From contig NC_086097.1 in assembly GCF_963921235.1 (NCBI RefSeq), forward strand, positions 97,528,001 to 97,592,000: DNA of 64,000 bases. Direction: 5' to 3'. The translations under genes were made by a program, and so were the position numbers. This DNA comes from Mobula hypostoma. Its lineage: Eukaryota. This document shows positions 62,375 through 64,000 of this stretch, piece after piece. The stretch's first letter is position 1. Each line of letters starts with the position of its first letter. The notes beneath the pieces were generated by a model, which saw only the letters and a list, made by a program, of their open reading frames with translations, had not been told where the DNA came from and did not search any database.

Positions 62375-63310
62375 GGAGAACGTAGAACAGTACAGCACAG
62401 GAACAAGCCCTTTGGCTCACGATATCTATTCCAACCATGATGCCAATTTAACTAGTCCCAGCTGCCTGCTTTTCACGTCCTACTTTAGATTATCTCTTGG
62501 CTCATAAAAATCGCTATCATATCTGCTTCCAACTCATCCCCAGCAGAGAGCTCCAGGCAACTATCACTGTTTTTTTTTTAAAAAAAACCTTGCCTCACAA
62601 ATCTCTTAAATTGTCCCCCTCACCTTAAAACTGCCCTCCAGTGTTTAACATTTTCATGGTGTCAGAAGGACTGACTACTTATGCTATCAGTGCCTTTCAT
62701 ATACTATTAGATTTCTCCTCAGCCACTCACATTCCAGAGGGTACAATCTGAGACTGTTCAGTCTCCCCTTGTAGTTATACTCTAATGCAGGCACGATCCT
62801 GGTGAACCTCCCCATCCTTCCTATAACGCAGCATCCAGAACTGCATACAGTACTCCAAATGTGGCCTAACCAAAGCTTTATACAATTGCATCATGACTTC
62901 TGAACTTTAAAATCAGCAGCCCAGTTGATGAAAGCAACTGCCATCTTTACCACCAGATTTGCTTGCATTGTCACTTTCATGGAGCTATGGGTTTGCATCC
63001 CAAGATCCCTTTGTACATAAATGGTCCAAAAAGTCATGCCATTTATTGTGCCCTTACGTGTGACTTCCTAAAGTGCAGCGCTTAACGTGTAAAAGATAGA
63101 ACAGTACAGTTCTGGACAGGCCATTCAGCCCATAATGTTGTGCCAATCTTGATGCCAATTTATACTAAATATCCTCTTTGTGTTTCACCATATCCCTCCA
63201 TTCCCTTCATATTACCTTGTCTGTCTAAAAACCTCAAACTCCACCAAACTGCCTGCTTCCACCACTATCCCTGGTAACATGTTCTAATCACCTACCACTC
63301 TCTGCAGAGC
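62375..63310 (-). mobile_element. Old CR1 3' fragments
   Basis: Degenerate similarity to 58780-59500 (agaacagtacagcacagg tail; ccagaactgcatacagtactcc). Confidence 0.65.
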
Positions 63311-63644
63311 ACAACTTGCCCTCGTGTCACTTTTATTTGACATTTTTACGCTGGGGACCGAGCATTAACCCATAAATTTTGTATTTTATAGTTAAAGTGA
63401 CAAATTTGTTGCAGCTGTTGAGTGTTTATTTAGTAGGTGGGGCACATTGTGCCGAATAAAGCAAGTTTTGTTGGGTACATTGCTATTTTATTTATCTTGT
63501 AATTACAGATAGCTTTAAGCTGCAACTCTTCTATGTATAAAGACAGTAAATGTGAGTGGTAAATTTGGTAATACTGATGTGTAAGAGTGGTCTGAATTTA
63601 AAAATTTGTTCCAGTGTATGGCTAAATACTGTTGCAGAGGTCTA

Positions 63645-64000
63645 ATAAAACATTGAAACATAGAAAATAGGTGCAGGAGTAGGCCATTCGGCCCTTCGAG
63701 CCTACACTGCCATTCGGTATGATCATGGCTGATCATCCAACTCAGAACCCTGTATCTGCCTTCTCTCCATACCCCCTGATCCCTTTAGCCACAAGGGCCA
63801 TATCTAACTCCCTCTTAAGTATAGCTAATGAACTGGCCCAACTGTTTCCTGTGGCAGAGAATTCCACAGATTCACCACTCTCTGTGTGAAGAAGTTTTTC
63901 CTCATCTTGGTCCTAAAAGGCTTCCCCTTTATCCTTAAACTGTGACCCCTCGTTCTGGACTTCCCCAACATCGGGAACAATCTTCCTGCATCTAGCCTGT
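63645..64000 (-). mobile_element. CR1 3' end, running out of the window
   Basis: (aaacatag)-type tail followed by a 3' UTR related to 14222-14600 and, inverted, 55300-55620. Confidence 0.8.

Overview
Eukaryotic, repeat-rich vertebrate genomic DNA. The repeat content (V-SINE/HE1-like SINEs, CR1, Penelope, Tc1) suggests a cartilaginous fish, but that is inference. The window holds the promoter and the first 15 coding exon positions of TMEM87A (GOLD-domain seven-transmembrane Golgi protein) on the + strand. The ATG is at 5467 and the gene continues past 64000. All exons splice in frame (about 499 codons read here). The main feature is a pair of homologous alternative exons, 12a (47493-47564) and 12b (48872-48940). 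Each has a major-spliceosome AG acceptor but a minor-spliceosome ATATCCTTT donor, and they share one U12 branch point and AC acceptor at 50298-50315. This implies mutually exclusive exons enforced by U2/U12 incompatibility. A 158-bp gapless inverted copy of the intron just upstream of exon 12a sits inside a Penelope remnant about 1 kb upstream and could base-pair over that exon's branch point and pyrimidine tract. The introns also hold a decayed Gypsy LTR element with nested insertions, two Tc1 elements, CR1 and Rex1-like LINEs, an ORF2-deleted L1, a solo LTR, SINEs, and Penelope-like elements with minimal hammerhead ribozymes and a recurring inverted architecture. Exon coordinates were counted by hand; old repeat boundaries are approximate.
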